Assembly (NCBI GenBank): GCA_043815885.1
Contig: JBDRIL010000012.1
Location: 1-24,467 of the forward strand
DNA: 24,467 nt
Reading direction: 5' to 3'
Source: an archaeon
GTDB lineage: Archaea > Iainarchaeota > Iainarchaeia > Iainarchaeales > 1-14-0-10-31-34
The first letter of the stretch is position 1. Every line of letters begins with the position of its first letter. The notes beneath the pieces were generated by a model. That model was not told the DNA's origin, ran no database searches, and was given only the letters and a program-made list of their open reading frames with translations. The position numbers and the translations under genes were made by a program. Positions 15,876 through 24,467 of this stretch are shown here, piece by piece.

Positions 15876-17189
15876 ATGGAAAGAATTCTGGCTGAAGAAT
15901 TGAACCCTAAACTGCATGGAAAGAAGGTTTTGGTTAAGGGATGGATTGCTGAAGCAAGGGATTTTGGCGCCTTAAAATTTCTTATTCTAAGGGATTCAAG
16001 CGGATTCCTGCAGGTGACTGCAAACAAGAAGCAGGTGGAAAAAGAATTACTGGAAAAAATTGAGTCCCTCACCAAGGAAAGCGTGGTTGAGGTAATTGGA
16101 AAGGTTCAAAAAGCAGAAAAGGCAATGAATAAAGCAGAAATTATTCCAGAGAAATTAGAGATTCTTGCTCTCTCTGAAGCTCCTGTCCCGCTTGATATAA
16201 GCGGAAAGATTCAATCAGACCAGTCAAGCAGGCTGGATTACAGGTGCATTGATTTAAGGGCTCCAAAAAACCAGGCAATATTCAGGATTCAATCAAAGCT
16301 AATTGAAGGAGCAGTGGAATGGCTGAACAGGAATAAGTATCAGCAGGTATTCACTCCCTGTTTGATGGGAACTGCATCTGAAAGCGGTGCAGAGGTATTT
16401 GAAGTAAATTATTACGGCAAAAAAGCTTTTTTGAGGCAGGACCCGCAACTGCACAGGCAGTTAACGATTGCAGGAGGAATAGAAAAACTCTATGATATTG
16501 GACCGAGCTGGAGGGCAGAAAAGAGCCACACAACAAGGCATATATGCGAGCACAGAACTATTGCGGTAGAAAAGGCTTTCCTGGAAGATGAACTGGAAAC
16601 AGAAAGAATCCAGGAAAACATTATTGTTTCTGCCTTAAAGAGAGTAAAAGAAGACTGCAAAAAAGAACTGGAATTGCTTGGAGTAAAGGTTGAAGTTCCA
16701 AAGACTCCTTTCCCTGAATTAAGGTTTCCGGAAATATACAGTATTCTGGAAAAAAAAGGAAAGAAGGTGGGAAAAGGAGAGGCATTGGATACTGAAGCAG
16801 AAGACATTCTATGGAAATACATTCAGGAAAAATATAAGGCAGAATTTTATTTCATTAACAGGTTTCCTTTTGCTGAAAAACCATTTTATGTAATGCGTGT
16901 AGATGAAGAACCGGAATATGCGAGAAGCATTGACCTATACTACAGAGGCGTTGAGCTTTCTTCCGGCGGGCAAAGAGAACACAGGCATGAAAAAATAATT
17001 GAACAAGTAAAGGAAAAAGGTTTAAGCTTAGAGGGAGTGGAATGGTTCACTAAATTCTTCAGGTATGGTGTTCCCCCCCACGGCGGATTTGCAATCGGGA
17101 TTGAAAGACTCACAAAACAATTGCTGAATTTAGAGAACATTCGAGATACTGCTTTATTTCCCCGGGATCCAGAAAGGCTTAATCCATAG
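15876..17189 (+). CDS. aspS: Aspartate--tRNA ligase (archaeal type)
   Basis: OB fold GWIAEARDFG/FLILRD, RLDYRCIDLR, SESGAEVF, WRAEKSHTTRH, ELSSGGQREH, PPHGGFAIGIERL, LFPRDPERLNP. Confidence 0.93.
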   Translation: MERILAEELNPKLHGKKVLVKGWIAEARDFGALKFLILRDSSGFLQVTANKKQVEKELLEKIESLTKESVVEVIGKVQKAEKAMNKAEIIPEKLEILALSEAPVPLDISGKIQSDQSSRLDYRCIDLRAPKNQAIFRIQSKLIEGAVEWLNRNKYQQVFTPCLMGTASESGAEVFEVNYYGKKAFLRQDPQLHRQLTIAGGIEKLYDIGPSWRAEKSHTTRHICEHRTIAVEKAFLEDELETERIQENIIVSALKRVKEDCKKELELLGVKVEVPKTPFPELRFPEIYSILEKKGKKVGKGEALDTEAEDILWKYIQEKYKAEFYFINRFPFAEKPFYVMRVDEEPEYARSIDLYYRGVELSSGGQREHRHEKIIEQVKEKGLSLEGVEWFTKFFRYGVPPHGGFAIGIERLTKQLLNLENIRDTALFPRDPERLNP

Positions 17190-17200
17190 GAGAAAAGAAA

Positions 17201-18490
17201 ATGCAATTCATTTCAATTCAGGAAGCACTGAAAAAAAATAAAGGCACAGTTGAAGTCAGGGGATGGATTAAAAGAAAGAGGGAAATCTCTGATACAGTCT
17301 TTGTTTTACTCAGAGACTCAACTACTGAAATGCAGTGCGTAATAGAAAAAGAAAAAATCGGGGAAGTCTGGAAAGAACTCCAGCATACTGGAATCGAGTC
17401 CTCAATTGAATTAAAGGGAGAACTTAAAGAAGACAAGCGTGCTCCAAACGGTCTTGAATTAAGAGTGAATGAATTAAAGATAATTGGTATTAGTGATAAA
17501 TTTCCCATTTCCAGGGACTTGAGTGAAGAATTCCTTTTGGATGTAAGGCATTTATGGTTACGCTCATCTAAAATGACTGCACTGAATAAAATCCGTTCAA
17601 CAATTCTTTTTGCTGTAAGAGAATACCATCAAAAAGAAGGATGGTTTGAGGTCAGCCCAGCAATAATTACCCCGAATGCATGCGAAGGCGGAACCACTCT
17701 TTTTGGATTTGATTATTTTGGAGAGAAACGCTACCTTTCCCAGAGCGCTCAAATGTATTTAGAGGTAATGATTTTTTCTCTGGAAAAAGTCTGGGGATTG
17801 ACTCCATCCTTTAGAGCGGAAAAGAGCAAGACCGCCAGGCACTTAACCGAGTACTGGCATTTAGAGGGAGAGGCTGCATGGATGGACATGCATGAAATGA
17901 TGAATGAAATAGAGAAACTGGTTGAATTCGTATGCCACAGGGTTGCGGAAAAGAATGCAAAGGAATTACTCTCTCTTGGAAGAAAGCCAGAAGAAATTAA
18001 AGCAATCAAGGCTCCATTCAAGAGGATTTCCTATGACGAGGCATTAAAAAAATTAGAGAAAGAATTCAATAAAAAAATCAAGTGGGGAATTGATTTAAGC
18101 ATTAAGGAAGAAAAAAAGCTTGGAGAAAAAGAAAAAACTCCTTTTTTCATTTATGGTTATCCTACTGCAATAAAGGCCTTTTACGCCAAAGAAATGCCGG
18201 AAGATTCAAATAAATGCTTTTCCTTTGATTTGATTGCGCCGGAAGGTTTTGGTGAAGTGTGCACTGGCGGGCAGAGAGAAGACGTAATAGAAAACATGGT
18301 GGAAAAACTAAAGAAAGAAAAGCTTCCATTAAAGAACTACGAATGGTATTTAGACTTAAGAAGATATGGGAGCGTGCCTCATTCCGGTTTTGGTCTGGGA
18401 ATTGAGAGAATAATGAGATGGATATGCAAACAGGAATCCATTAAAGACACAATCCCTTTCCCCAGAACAATGAACCGAAGCTATCCTTGA
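17201..18490 (+). CDS. asnS: Asparagine--tRNA ligase
   Basis: LLDVRHLWLRS, CEGGTTLF, YLSQSAQMYLE, FRAEKSKTARHLTEYW, IKAFY, YEWYLDLRRYGSVPHSGFGLG. Confidence 0.95.
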   Translation: MQFISIQEALKKNKGTVEVRGWIKRKREISDTVFVLLRDSTTEMQCVIEKEKIGEVWKELQHTGIESSIELKGELKEDKRAPNGLELRVNELKIIGISDKFPISRDLSEEFLLDVRHLWLRSSKMTALNKIRSTILFAVREYHQKEGWFEVSPAIITPNACEGGTTLFGFDYFGEKRYLSQSAQMYLEVMIFSLEKVWGLTPSFRAEKSKTARHLTEYWHLEGEAAWMDMHEMMNEIEKLVEFVCHRVAEKNAKELLSLGRKPEEIKAIKAPFKRISYDEALKKLEKEFNKKIKWGIDLSIKEEKKLGEKEKTPFFIYGYPTAIKAFYAKEMPEDSNKCFSFDLIAPEGFGEVCTGGQREDVIENMVEKLKKEKLPLKNYEWYLDLRRYGSVPHSGFGLGIERIMRWICKQESIKDTIPFPRTMNRSYP

Positions 18491-19200
18491 TATGCTTCTT
18501 CCATAAAATGCTGCCTTAACTGGCTAGTGTACTTTGAGAGAGCTCTCTTTTTCCTTGGATTCAATGCATATTCAAGGAACTGCTTGTATACATAGTAGTA
18601 ATGTTCTGCTTGATCACTGTAATTGATTCTAGTAATTAATTCAATCAGTATTTCCTTTTGTTCGGCGCCTAACTGCTTTATTAATCCCTCAAATCTTTTG
18701 GGGATGATTCTACTTATATGCGCATCATGGTCATGAAATATCATATTAAATCTTCCTTCTTCTCTCCCACTTAAAAATGGATCAAAGCTTGCAGGAATTT
18801 CAGCCCTGCTCTTTGAGCCTTTTGAGGTTGATTTTACCAGTCCATGCCGTAATTCAGCTTTTGTCTGCCATCTTCTTATTTTTTCTGCCTGTGTTTCTGG
18901 AGCCATTCTCTCCAGCCCTGAAATTCTGGCTTCTCTTGAACTTACCATTCCTCTGGGGCTGTGGGCAAATCTTTCAGCTAATTCTCTGGCTCCCGACACT
19001 CCTCTTCTAAACGCTTCATGTGCCACATATCTTCCAATCATCTGGCCCGGATTAAGCCTTGGTCTGACAGAAGGAGGCTTTAAACCAAAAAAAGCAGCTT
19101 TTTTTCCGGTAAGATTATGCCCTTTTTGCATAGGCATTCCTTGAAAAGGCACTTTTCTCTGCCCAGGTATTCTTCTTGCTCTCATATTTCCCAGAGGCAT
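18481..19200 (-). CDS. Hypothetical basic (Arg/Lys-rich) protein
   Basis: Long ORF filling the gap. Start uncertain (ATG 19200 or TTG 19254). No family recognised; 10-nt convergent overlap with asnS. Confidence 0.65.
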   Translation of the reverse strand: MPLGNMRARRIPGQRKVPFQGMPMQKGHNLTGKKAAFFGLKPPSVRPRLNPGQMIGRYVAHEAFRRGVSGARELAERFAHSPRGMVSSREARISGLERMAPETQAEKIRRWQTKAELRHGLVKSTSKGSKSRAEIPASFDPFLSGREEGRFNMIFHDHDAHISRIIPKRFEGLIKQLGAEQKEILIELITRINYSDQAEHYYYVYKQFLEYALNPRKKRALSKYTSQLRQHFMEEAYQG

Positions 19201-19336
19201 AACTAAATTGTGTTTATTCTTCTTAATAAAATGAATAGTTTTTTTTGGGGGCAATTTATTCTTAAGAAATGATTGAAATAAACTTATACTTTAAAGGATT
19301 ACTATTTTTAATTATCCTCAGAGGTGAGGAAATTAA

Positions 19337-19858
19337 ATGCCTGAAGAAAAAAGAGCTGTCTTGGTTATAGCTCCAAACAATTTCAGGGATGAAGAGTTGT
19401 TTTATACAAAGGAAGAATTGGAGAAGGCAGGAGTCAAAACAACCATTGCTTCTCTCTCTACAGAAGAAGCAAATGGAATGCTGGGAGGAAAAGCAAAACC
19501 ACAGATTACTTTAGAGGAAGTAAAAGAGGAAGAGTTTGATGCAATAGTGTTTATTGGGGGAAGCGGTGCAAGCATTTACTTTGAAAACAAGAAAGCATGG
19601 GGATTAGCAAGGGAATTCAGTTCAAAGGGAAAAGTAACTGCAGCTATTTGTATTGCTCCAAGCATTCTTGCTAATGCCGGCTTACTAAAAGGAAAAAAGG
19701 TAACTGTTTTTTCAAGTGAAGCATTTGACTTAAAGCAAAAAGGAGCTATCTTTACCGGAGTGGCAGTTGAGGTTGACGGAAACATTGTTACTGCTGAAGG
19801 GCCTGGCTCTGCAAGGGAATTCGGCAAAAGGATAGCTGAGGTACTGAAAGCGGGGTAG
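19337..19858 (+). CDS. DJ-1/PfpI family protein
   Basis: FRDEEL, FDAIVFIGGSG, nucleophile elbow AAICIAP, LLKGKKVT, DGNIVTAEGP; GAGGTGA SD. Confidence 0.93.
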   Translation: MPEEKRAVLVIAPNNFRDEELFYTKEELEKAGVKTTIASLSTEEANGMLGGKAKPQITLEEVKEEEFDAIVFIGGSGASIYFENKKAWGLAREFSSKGKVTAAICIAPSILANAGLLKGKKVTVFSSEAFDLKQKGAIFTGVAVEVDGNIVTAEGPGSAREFGKRIAEVLKAG

Positions 19859-19900
19859 TTTTTAAAACAATTCCTGCTTTAAGTGGTAGTTGGTAGTAGA

Positions 19901-20914
19901 ATGGATTCAGATGAATCTAATTATTCAGTGGATAAAAAGCTTACTGCTTGGTTTGACAAGAATACCTTTCATTTCAGGGAGTTCAAGAATATACGGGAAT
20001 TAGTTGAATTAAAGGGAGAAAAAACTATTTCTGTCGGCATCCCTACACTCAATGAAGAAGAAACAGTGGGAAAGGTAATTGATGTAATAAGGAGAAGGCT
20101 GGTTGAACAGAGGCCTTTAGTGGATGAAATAGTGGTAATTGATTCTGGTTCAACAGACAACACTAAACAAGTGGCAAAAGAACAGGGAGCAAAATTCTAT
20201 ACTGCAAGCAAATACCTTAAAGGCTATGAGAAAAATAAGGGAAAAGGCCACAATCTTTGGACCAGCCAGTACTTAATGAAGGGAGACATTCTCTGCTGGG
20301 TGGATGCAGACATAAAACAATTCAAGTCAAGGTTTGTTTTTGCTTTGGTTGGGCCATTGCTGAAGTATCCTGAATTAAGTTATGCAAAGGCATTCTATAA
20401 GAGACCAATTGAAATGGAGGGAACTGGAGACGAAAAAGTAATGCTTCCTGCCGGTGGAGGAAGAGTGGGAGAAATTTGTGTAAGGCCTTTATTCAATCAC
20501 TTCTTCCCAGAATTATCTGGCTTTATTCAGCCTACCTCAGGTGAATTTGCTGGAAGAAGAGAACTATTTGAACAGCTTCCTTTTGGGGTTGGCTATGGAA
20601 TTGAAACCTCTTTATTAATTGACATTTGGCATAAGTTTGGCTTGAATGTAATGGCTCAATGCGATTTAGAGAGAAGGATTCACAGAAACCAGTCCATTAG
20701 AGCGCTCTCCAAAATGTCTTTTGCAATAATGCAGGTAGTATTCAACAGAGCCCAGGAATTAAACAGGCTCAAGCTTTTAAGGGATATAAGCAATGAATAC
20801 AGATTTCCGAGAAAACTCTACAAAGGTTATTACTTGGATTCACAAAAAATAAGGGAAACATACAATCCTCCAATAATTGAAAACGAGCAATACATGAAAA
20901 AATTCAATAAATGA
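19901..20914 (+). CDS. gpgS: Glucosyl-3-phosphoglycerate synthase (GT81; mannosyl specificity not excluded)
   Basis: IPTLNEEETVG, DSGSTD, GKG, DxD in WVDADI, KAFYKRP, GGGRVGE, QPTSGEFAGRR, GYGIE, RIHRNQ, LSKMS. Confidence 0.88.
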   Translation: MDSDESNYSVDKKLTAWFDKNTFHFREFKNIRELVELKGEKTISVGIPTLNEEETVGKVIDVIRRRLVEQRPLVDEIVVIDSGSTDNTKQVAKEQGAKFYTASKYLKGYEKNKGKGHNLWTSQYLMKGDILCWVDADIKQFKSRFVFALVGPLLKYPELSYAKAFYKRPIEMEGTGDEKVMLPAGGGRVGEICVRPLFNHFFPELSGFIQPTSGEFAGRRELFEQLPFGVGYGIETSLLIDIWHKFGLNVMAQCDLERRIHRNQSIRALSKMSFAIMQVVFNRAQELNRLKLLRDISNEYRFPRKLYKGYYLDSQKIRETYNPPIIENEQYMKKFNK

Positions 20915-20919
20915 ATTCA

Positions 20920-22101
20920 TCAAATAATGTACTGCTTTATCAGGTTCCAGGTTCTAATGAAGTCAGCGTGAGCCCACATTAAAGGAAGAACAGAGTAAGC
21001 AATTCCTTTCTTGAATGTCGGATGCTTTCTGGTATTTTCAAGCATCAGCTTCCTGTCTTCTCTAAGGATTCCTGCTGACTTAAAGTCAGTAACCCAGTTC
21101 TCGAATTCTTCCTTTGTAGCAATATGCTCAGGAATTAAATCCTCATAGGAAATATCCAGAACCCAGTTAAAGTACTTTATCGCTTTTTCTCTTTTTTTTC
21201 TTGCAATGAAGTGCCTTGCCATTATCAGAGTGAAATGAGGCCACGGACCATATCCGCCATTATTCCTTCCGGTGAATTTCTTGTATCTGCAGATTCCCCC
21301 CAATTTCTTGTGCCATAACTCTCTTTCAATCCTGTCAACTGTAGAATGAATCCTTTTATCGTTGTCATCCAGTACATGGTAATCAACTAAAGCCAGTGCA
21401 CTTGCATCAATGTATTCTTCAACAGAAGAGGATTCATAAATCCTGATGGTTTTAATAAAGCTCTTCATTCTCGGATTCCATAAATATCTTTCAATTCCTT
21501 TCCTTATCTTTTCACTCATCTTGTTTAATTCTTCAGCCTTCTTTCCAAACAATTTTCCCTGTTTATAGCAGTCCCTTATGCCTGCACAGCAAACTGCATT
21601 GGCAAATATCTCTAGTCCTTTCTCGTAAGGAGGAAATTCATGAATAGAGTTATCAGCAAAAATCAATCCCTTTTTTTTGGTCAGTTTGGTTTTAAGGTAA
21701 TCCACTGCTTTCCTTGCATTCTTCCAGTACTTTAATGCAAACTTCTTTTCCTTTGTTTTTTCAAAGAATTTAGCGTAAGAGTAAAGCACTAGCCCCACAC
21801 AGTCCTGCTGGATTGGCTTATAGGAACAATCCTTTCCATTTGAATCATATCTCTGGGCGAATGCTCCGTTCCTTAACTGATGTTTAAATAAGAACTCAAG
21901 GCCTTTTCTTGCCTCGTAATACATTCCCGCAGAAATAAATGCAAGTATTGCAATACATGCATCCCTTGGATAGACATAGGCATATCTCTGTCCTTTTGGA
22001 GAGGCAAGAATGCCTCCATTTTTCAGCTGCAATTCCTTCAATAACTTAATGCTCTTTGAATAGACTCTTTCAGCTTTCTCTTTATCTATTTTTGCCTTCA
22101 T
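20920..22101 (-). CDS. Glycoside hydrolase, GH15-like (alpha/alpha)6 barrel
   Basis: YVYPRDA, DNSIHE, DASALAL, GGICRY, GPWP, LIPEH, PLMWAHA. Confidence 0.8.
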   Translation of the reverse strand: MKAKIDKEKAERVYSKSIKLLKELQLKNGGILASPKGQRYAYVYPRDACIAILAFISAGMYYEARKGLEFLFKHQLRNGAFAQRYDSNGKDCSYKPIQQDCVGLVLYSYAKFFEKTKEKKFALKYWKNARKAVDYLKTKLTKKKGLIFADNSIHEFPPYEKGLEIFANAVCCAGIRDCYKQGKLFGKKAEELNKMSEKIRKGIERYLWNPRMKSFIKTIRIYESSSVEEYIDASALALVDYHVLDDNDKRIHSTVDRIERELWHKKLGGICRYKKFTGRNNGGYGPWPHFTLIMARHFIARKKREKAIKYFNWVLDISYEDLIPEHIATKEEFENWVTDFKSAGILREDRKLMLENTRKHPTFKKGIAYSVLPLMWAHADFIRTWNLIKQYII

Positions 22102-22894
22102 TTTCCCTCACTAATTCCTTTATTGCCTTATTCCATCCAATTGAAGCAATTCCTCTTACCTTTTTAGCCCTCTTCAACTTAAAAAACTTTTTGTTGTACT
22201 TTTGAACCAAGAATGCCTTATCTACCTCCATCAGCATTTCCATATCATTGGCAGCATCCCCTAAACCAACAGAAACAATTCTTCCAGACTTTTTCCTGAA
22301 TAACTTCATTAAAATCCTTACAGCTTTTCCTTTATTGTTGTTTCCCATTAAATGAAAGTAATTCGTTCCCTCAGTAAAATGCATTCCACTCCTTCTAGCC
22401 AATTTTTTAATTTCTTCCCTGTTTCCTTCCACCTTGAATGTTTCAGTGTATTCCCTTTTCTTTGCCTTTACAGCCATCTTCAGGCTCAATCCAGAATCCC
22501 TTGCAACTTCTTTTGCCCTTGCCTCTGAAAAAAGAAAATAAATCCTTCCGCTGAACTTCTTCTTTATTTCATTTAATTTCTTTTTCACTTTTTCTGTCGG
22601 AAGCCCTATCTCAATCACCTTATACTTCCCCTTTACCTTATTAAAATCATATTTGAAGGGAAAGTAATTCTTTGGAATAAATATTGCTCCGCCGTTCTCT
22701 GAAACAAAAGGATCATTATTGCCTAACTTCTTTCTAAAAACCTCTATCTCTGCCCTTGTCTTGGAAGTATTAATTATCAGAGGAATCTTTTTCCTTTTAA
22801 GAAGCCTTAATGCAGGAAGCGCCTTCCTGAAGGAATACTTTTTATCCAGCAGCGTTCCATCCAAATCAGTAAAAACAACGTAATTCTTTCCCAT
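22082..22894 (-). CDS. mpgP: HAD-IIB mannosyl/glucosyl-3-phosphoglycerate phosphatase
   Basis: FTDLDGTLLD, NTSKTRAE, PFVSENGGAIFIP, AKKREYTE, NKGKAV, GLGDAANDMEML, GWNKAI. Confidence 0.9.
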   Translation of the reverse strand: MGKNYVVFTDLDGTLLDKKYSFRKALPALRLLKRKKIPLIINTSKTRAEIEVFRKKLGNNDPFVSENGGAIFIPKNYFPFKYDFNKVKGKYKVIEIGLPTEKVKKKLNEIKKKFSGRIYFLFSEARAKEVARDSGLSLKMAVKAKKREYTETFKVEGNREEIKKLARRSGMHFTEGTNYFHLMGNNNKGKAVRILMKLFRKKSGRIVSVGLGDAANDMEMLMEVDKAFLVQKYNKKFFKLKRAKKVRGIASIGWNKAIKELVRENEGKNR

Positions 22895-22951
22895 AAAGAA
22901 ATAGAAAAGAATTTAATTAATATAAACTTATTCTAAAATCGAGAAAAATAA

Positions 22952-23026
22952 TGGGAAGGATGGGATTCGAACCCATGACCTCTCGGTTATCAGCCGAGTG
23001 CTCTAGCCAGGCTAAGCTACCCTCCC
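22952..23026 (-). tRNA. tRNA-Ile(GAT)
   Basis: Reverse complement reads GGGAGGG-TA-GCTT...GAGC-A-CTCGG-CTGATAA-CCGAG-AGGTC-ATGGG-TTCGAAT-CCCAT-CCTTCCC-A. Confidence 0.96.
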
Positions 23027-23164
23027 TTGAAGGCAAAAAAATTACGTGTAATTAATTCATTAGAAAAAGCATTAAAAATTCTACTGCAGGATTTGTCGAT
23101 CCCTTCTCATAAGCAAAACCAATAACAATTTAAAAAGAAAACCATTTTATTCTTTTGGTTCTGA

Positions 23165-24226
23165 ATGGAAACAATTGCTTTAACCAAAAAACTGATTAAA
23201 TTCAAGACAGTTCAAACCCGTAATAAAGAATTACATAAATGCATTGGCTTCATTAGAAACTACTTTAAGGGAAAAAAATTATTTGTAGAGAAATTTCAGT
23301 TCAATAAAATTCCTTCCCTATTTGTATGCACTAAAAAGACTCTTTCCCCGAAAATACTTCTTTTAGTCCATATGGACGTAGTTGAAGCAGAGCCAGAACA
23401 ATTCACTCCAAAAATAAAAGGAAACAAATTATTCGGCAGGGGAGCTTACGATATGAAGGCAGGAGCAGCAATTGCAATGAATTCACTGCTTTCCCTTTCT
23501 CCAAAACACTCTGTTGGGGTTTTATTCACTTCAGATGAGGAATCAAGCGCCTTCAATGGGGCAAGAATCTTTGCAGAAAAAGGATTCAGGGGAAAACTGA
23601 TTATTGCATTGGATGGAGGCTCTCCAAAAGAGTTAGTAATCAAGAGCAAGGGAGTTTTAAGATTAAAGGTTTCAGCCAAGGGAAGGGACGGCCATCCCGG
23701 CAAGCCATGGAAAGGAGAAAACGCAATAGAAAAATTAATTCTGGCTTATCCAAAAATAAGGAAATTGTTCCCGGGAACCTCTCCTTCCAATAGATGGAAA
23801 CCCACACTCACTCCTTCAATAATTAATGGAGGGAGTACAATCAATGTTGTCCCTCCTTATGCTGAAATGTTCATTGATGTAAGGTATCCGGATGAAAAAG
23901 AAATAAACATGATTCTAAAAAAAATTAAAAAAATAAAGGGAATAAAAACAGAAGTGCTGTTATTTGATTCCTTGATGGAAACCTCTCCAAAAAACCCTTT
24001 AGTTCAAAAACTCAAGAAAACAATGAAGGAAGAAACCCATTCTGCAATTACTCTCAAAAAAGAACATGGTGCATCTGATGCAAGGCATTTCTCAGCCAAA
24101 GGAATTCCTTGTGTTTTATTCACTCCAAAAGGAAAAAACCTTCACGCAAAAAATGAATTCGTTTTCATTGACTCAGTGAAGAAAACAGAGAGAATACTGA
24201 GTAGATTCCTGCTGGAAAACGCTTAA
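23165..24226 (+). CDS. M20 family metallopeptidase/deacylase (DapE/ArgE-like)
   Basis: HMDVV, GRGAYDMK, SDEE, GHPGKPWKGENAI, INGGSTINVVP, GASDARHF, NLHAKNE. Confidence 0.92.
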   Translation: METIALTKKLIKFKTVQTRNKELHKCIGFIRNYFKGKKLFVEKFQFNKIPSLFVCTKKTLSPKILLLVHMDVVEAEPEQFTPKIKGNKLFGRGAYDMKAGAAIAMNSLLSLSPKHSVGVLFTSDEESSAFNGARIFAEKGFRGKLIIALDGGSPKELVIKSKGVLRLKVSAKGRDGHPGKPWKGENAIEKLILAYPKIRKLFPGTSPSNRWKPTLTPSIINGGSTINVVPPYAEMFIDVRYPDEKEINMILKKIKKIKGIKTEVLLFDSLMETSPKNPLVQKLKKTMKEETHSAITLKKEHGASDARHFSAKGIPCVLFTPKGKNLHAKNEFVFIDSVKKTERILSRFLLENA

Positions 24227-24268
24227 ACCATTTTATAAATTTTATCTCTAATTATTCTTTATCGCGAC

Positions 24269-24341
24269 AGCCCCGTAGTCTAGAGGCCAAGGATACAGGG
24301 CTTTGGACCCTGAGACAGGAGTTCGAATCTCCTCGGGGCTA
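24269..24341 (+). tRNA. tRNA-Gln(TTG)
   Basis: Acceptor AGCCCCG/CGGGGCT (A1-U72, archaeal Gln), anticodon arm CAGGG-CTTTGGA-CCCTG, T arm AGGAG-TTCGAAT-CTCCT. TTTATAAA lies upstream at 24232-24239. Confidence 0.96.
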
Positions 24342-24358
24342 TTAAAAAGTGAAAATCA

Positions 24359-24467
24359 ATGAGACCTAGAAGAATACTAAGCTTATTGCCAAGGGAAGCG
24401 CGGTTAAACCTTTTAGAGCAGAGTAGAATAATAAGAAATTCAAAGTCTTTGTGGGAGGCGAGAGTGA
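24359..24467 (+). CDS. Partial hypothetical protein (runs off window)
   Basis: ATG at 24359, open to the end: MRPRRILSLLPREARLNLLEQSRIIRNSKSLWEARV... Confidence 0.45.
   Translation, partial: MRPRRILSLLPREARLNLLEQSRIIRNSKSLWEARV

Noticed and set aside
15842..23703. Other short antisense or nested ORFs inside aspS, asnS, pfpI, gpgS and the M20 gene
   Set aside because: They overlap conserved genes and show no motifs or start signals.

Overview
AT-rich, gene-dense archaeal chromosomal segment. Archaeal markers are fibrillarin/Nop5, alpha2-type GlyRS, archaeal AspRS/AsnRS, an A1-U72 tRNA-Gln, tRNAs without encoded CCA, and TATA-box promoters. A DPANN origin (e.g. Diapherotrites-like) is only my inference. 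Contents in order: a partial secreted repeat protein, two HTH regulators, myo-inositol-1-phosphate synthase (ino1) plus a CDP-alcohol phosphotransferase, fibrillarin-nop5, a small-protein/retropepsin pair, a Zn-ribbon microprotein, glyS, a beta-CASP nuclease, lipoproteins, corA, a vapBC pair, an endonuclease III-like gene, aspS-asnS, pfpI, a GpgS/GH15-like/HAD phosphatase cluster, an M20 hydrolase, and three tRNAs (Thr-CGT, Ile-GAT, Gln-TTG). The standout is ino1. It carries a full LAGLIDADG intein (2420-3830) whose reading frame is broken by one extra A in an A9 run (2518-2526) about 33 codons into the intein. Making the enzyme would need slippage/frameshifting or trans-splicing, unless the extra base is a sequencing error or a recent inactivation.
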